A stretch of DNA of 63,142 nucleotides, the filler included, from Sphacelaria rigidula (lineage: Eukaryota), in the NCBI GenBank assembly GCA_964200075.2. It is 10 parts of 10 records of this genome, joined end to end, with 100 filler letters (N's around TTAATTAATTAA, not from the genome) between each part and the next. Parts side by side here need not be neighbours in the genome. Positions count along the whole stretch, not along the records: positions 56,919 to 63,142 come from CAXNAA020021397.1; 9 more parts are not named here. One strand, written 5' to 3'. The notes under the pieces were generated by a model. The model saw nothing but the letters and a program-made list of their open reading frames with translations. It was not told where the DNA came from and did not search any database. Positions 62,122 to 63,142 of this stretch are shown here, piece by piece; the stretch's first letter is position 1; every line of letters begins with the position of its first letter. The position numbers were made by a program, and so were the translations under genes.

Positions 62122-63142
62122 CTGTTGAGTGCACGTGATAGGTGATAAGTGTTGAGGAAATTGTACCGCGTTGCACATCCAGCATCTGCACATCGCGTCA
62201 GGAGGGACGCATGAATCGGAGATGGCGTTGACGGGTACGTTGCGGAAGAACTACATCTAACGTTTATCACATCTAACGAGAAAAGACTGAGGTATTCGAT
62301 CGACACTCACAAGAGCTGCAAAAACAAAAGACACAGAACTCGTGGACAAATGCCGACAGTTTGCGTTATAAATATAAACATGCTTCGACAGGAAACCGTA
62401 TGACAAAATACCACAGTCAGCACGTCAAGTCTTGTAGTAGAGTAGGAACATAATACAAGCAGGGTTCCCATACTATGCTGACAATTGCCGAATTAAATAA
62501 GGTTAACGAGATATTTTGTAATTTGCTCACTGCTTGGCGTAAGCTACTCAGTTGTAAGCAGCCGAAATACTAGTTGACAGATAGGCCGGACCACAAAATG
62601 TGCCCGGTTCACCGATTCCCAAAAAGTACCCACACGTTCACCTTTGATCAAATTCAGAAATGCAAAACGACACGCGCCTTTGAAGTCCACTTCAACGACA
62701 TTGAAACAGACGACGGGCCGGACACAAAATCTGTCAGGTTTAACGATTCTCATGAAGGTACGCGAACGTTCATGCGTTGTCAAAATTCAGGAAATGTAAG
62801 ACGATACACTACATCGAAGTCTGTACTTCCAACTACAGGGGGGGATTTTGAGCGTCAGCTGTGAGTGTAGACACGAGATTCGATACTGTACGCGGTACAC
62901 TTTATCACAATGTAGTCTTTTGTCCAGGTCGTCTAGCTACTACTCGGCAAATTGGCAATGGTCAAGGCTCTTTGAGCCTCGCCCGTAGTCGGACCCTGTG
63001 TTCATTTCTACTTGTGGCGCGTCGAGTTGAAAAAAACCGAGTGCCACCCCCTGAAGTCCGAATGGCCACCTGCGGCACCGGATCTTCTGAGGTTAGCCAC
63101 ATGTACCCCCTTTCTTCTTTACTATTTATTCCTGTTTAGCTT

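Overview
This window is not one contiguous locus. It is ten contigs of 6,224-6,225 bp joined by identical 100-bp spacers (44 N + TTAATTAATTAA + 44 N), so adjacency across spacers carries no biological information. The DNA is eukaryotic, intron-rich and repeat-rich, with short exons and introns up to about 2 kb; a brown alga or similar stramenopile is my inference. Spliced gene fragments reconstructed by hand: an R3H/SUZ-type RNA-binding protein, one malic enzyme exon, a DEK1-like multi-pass membrane calpain, SUMO E1 subunit UBA2 with its catalytic Cys, a coiled-coil protein and a copine. Most other sequence is non-autonomous mobile DNA: Sola-like, piggyBac-like, Tc1/mariner and Stowaway-like, Ginger-like and CMC-like MITEs (often nested), SINE/LINE ends, minisatellites, and a decayed Cys/His-rich ORF. 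The most unusual signal is two repeat families with different upstream sequence that share one ~55-nt terminus, are truncated at variable points on the other side, and mostly abut poly(C) tracts. This suggests a poly(C)-targeting retroelement system. All family assignments rest on visual inspection and recall; no searches were run.
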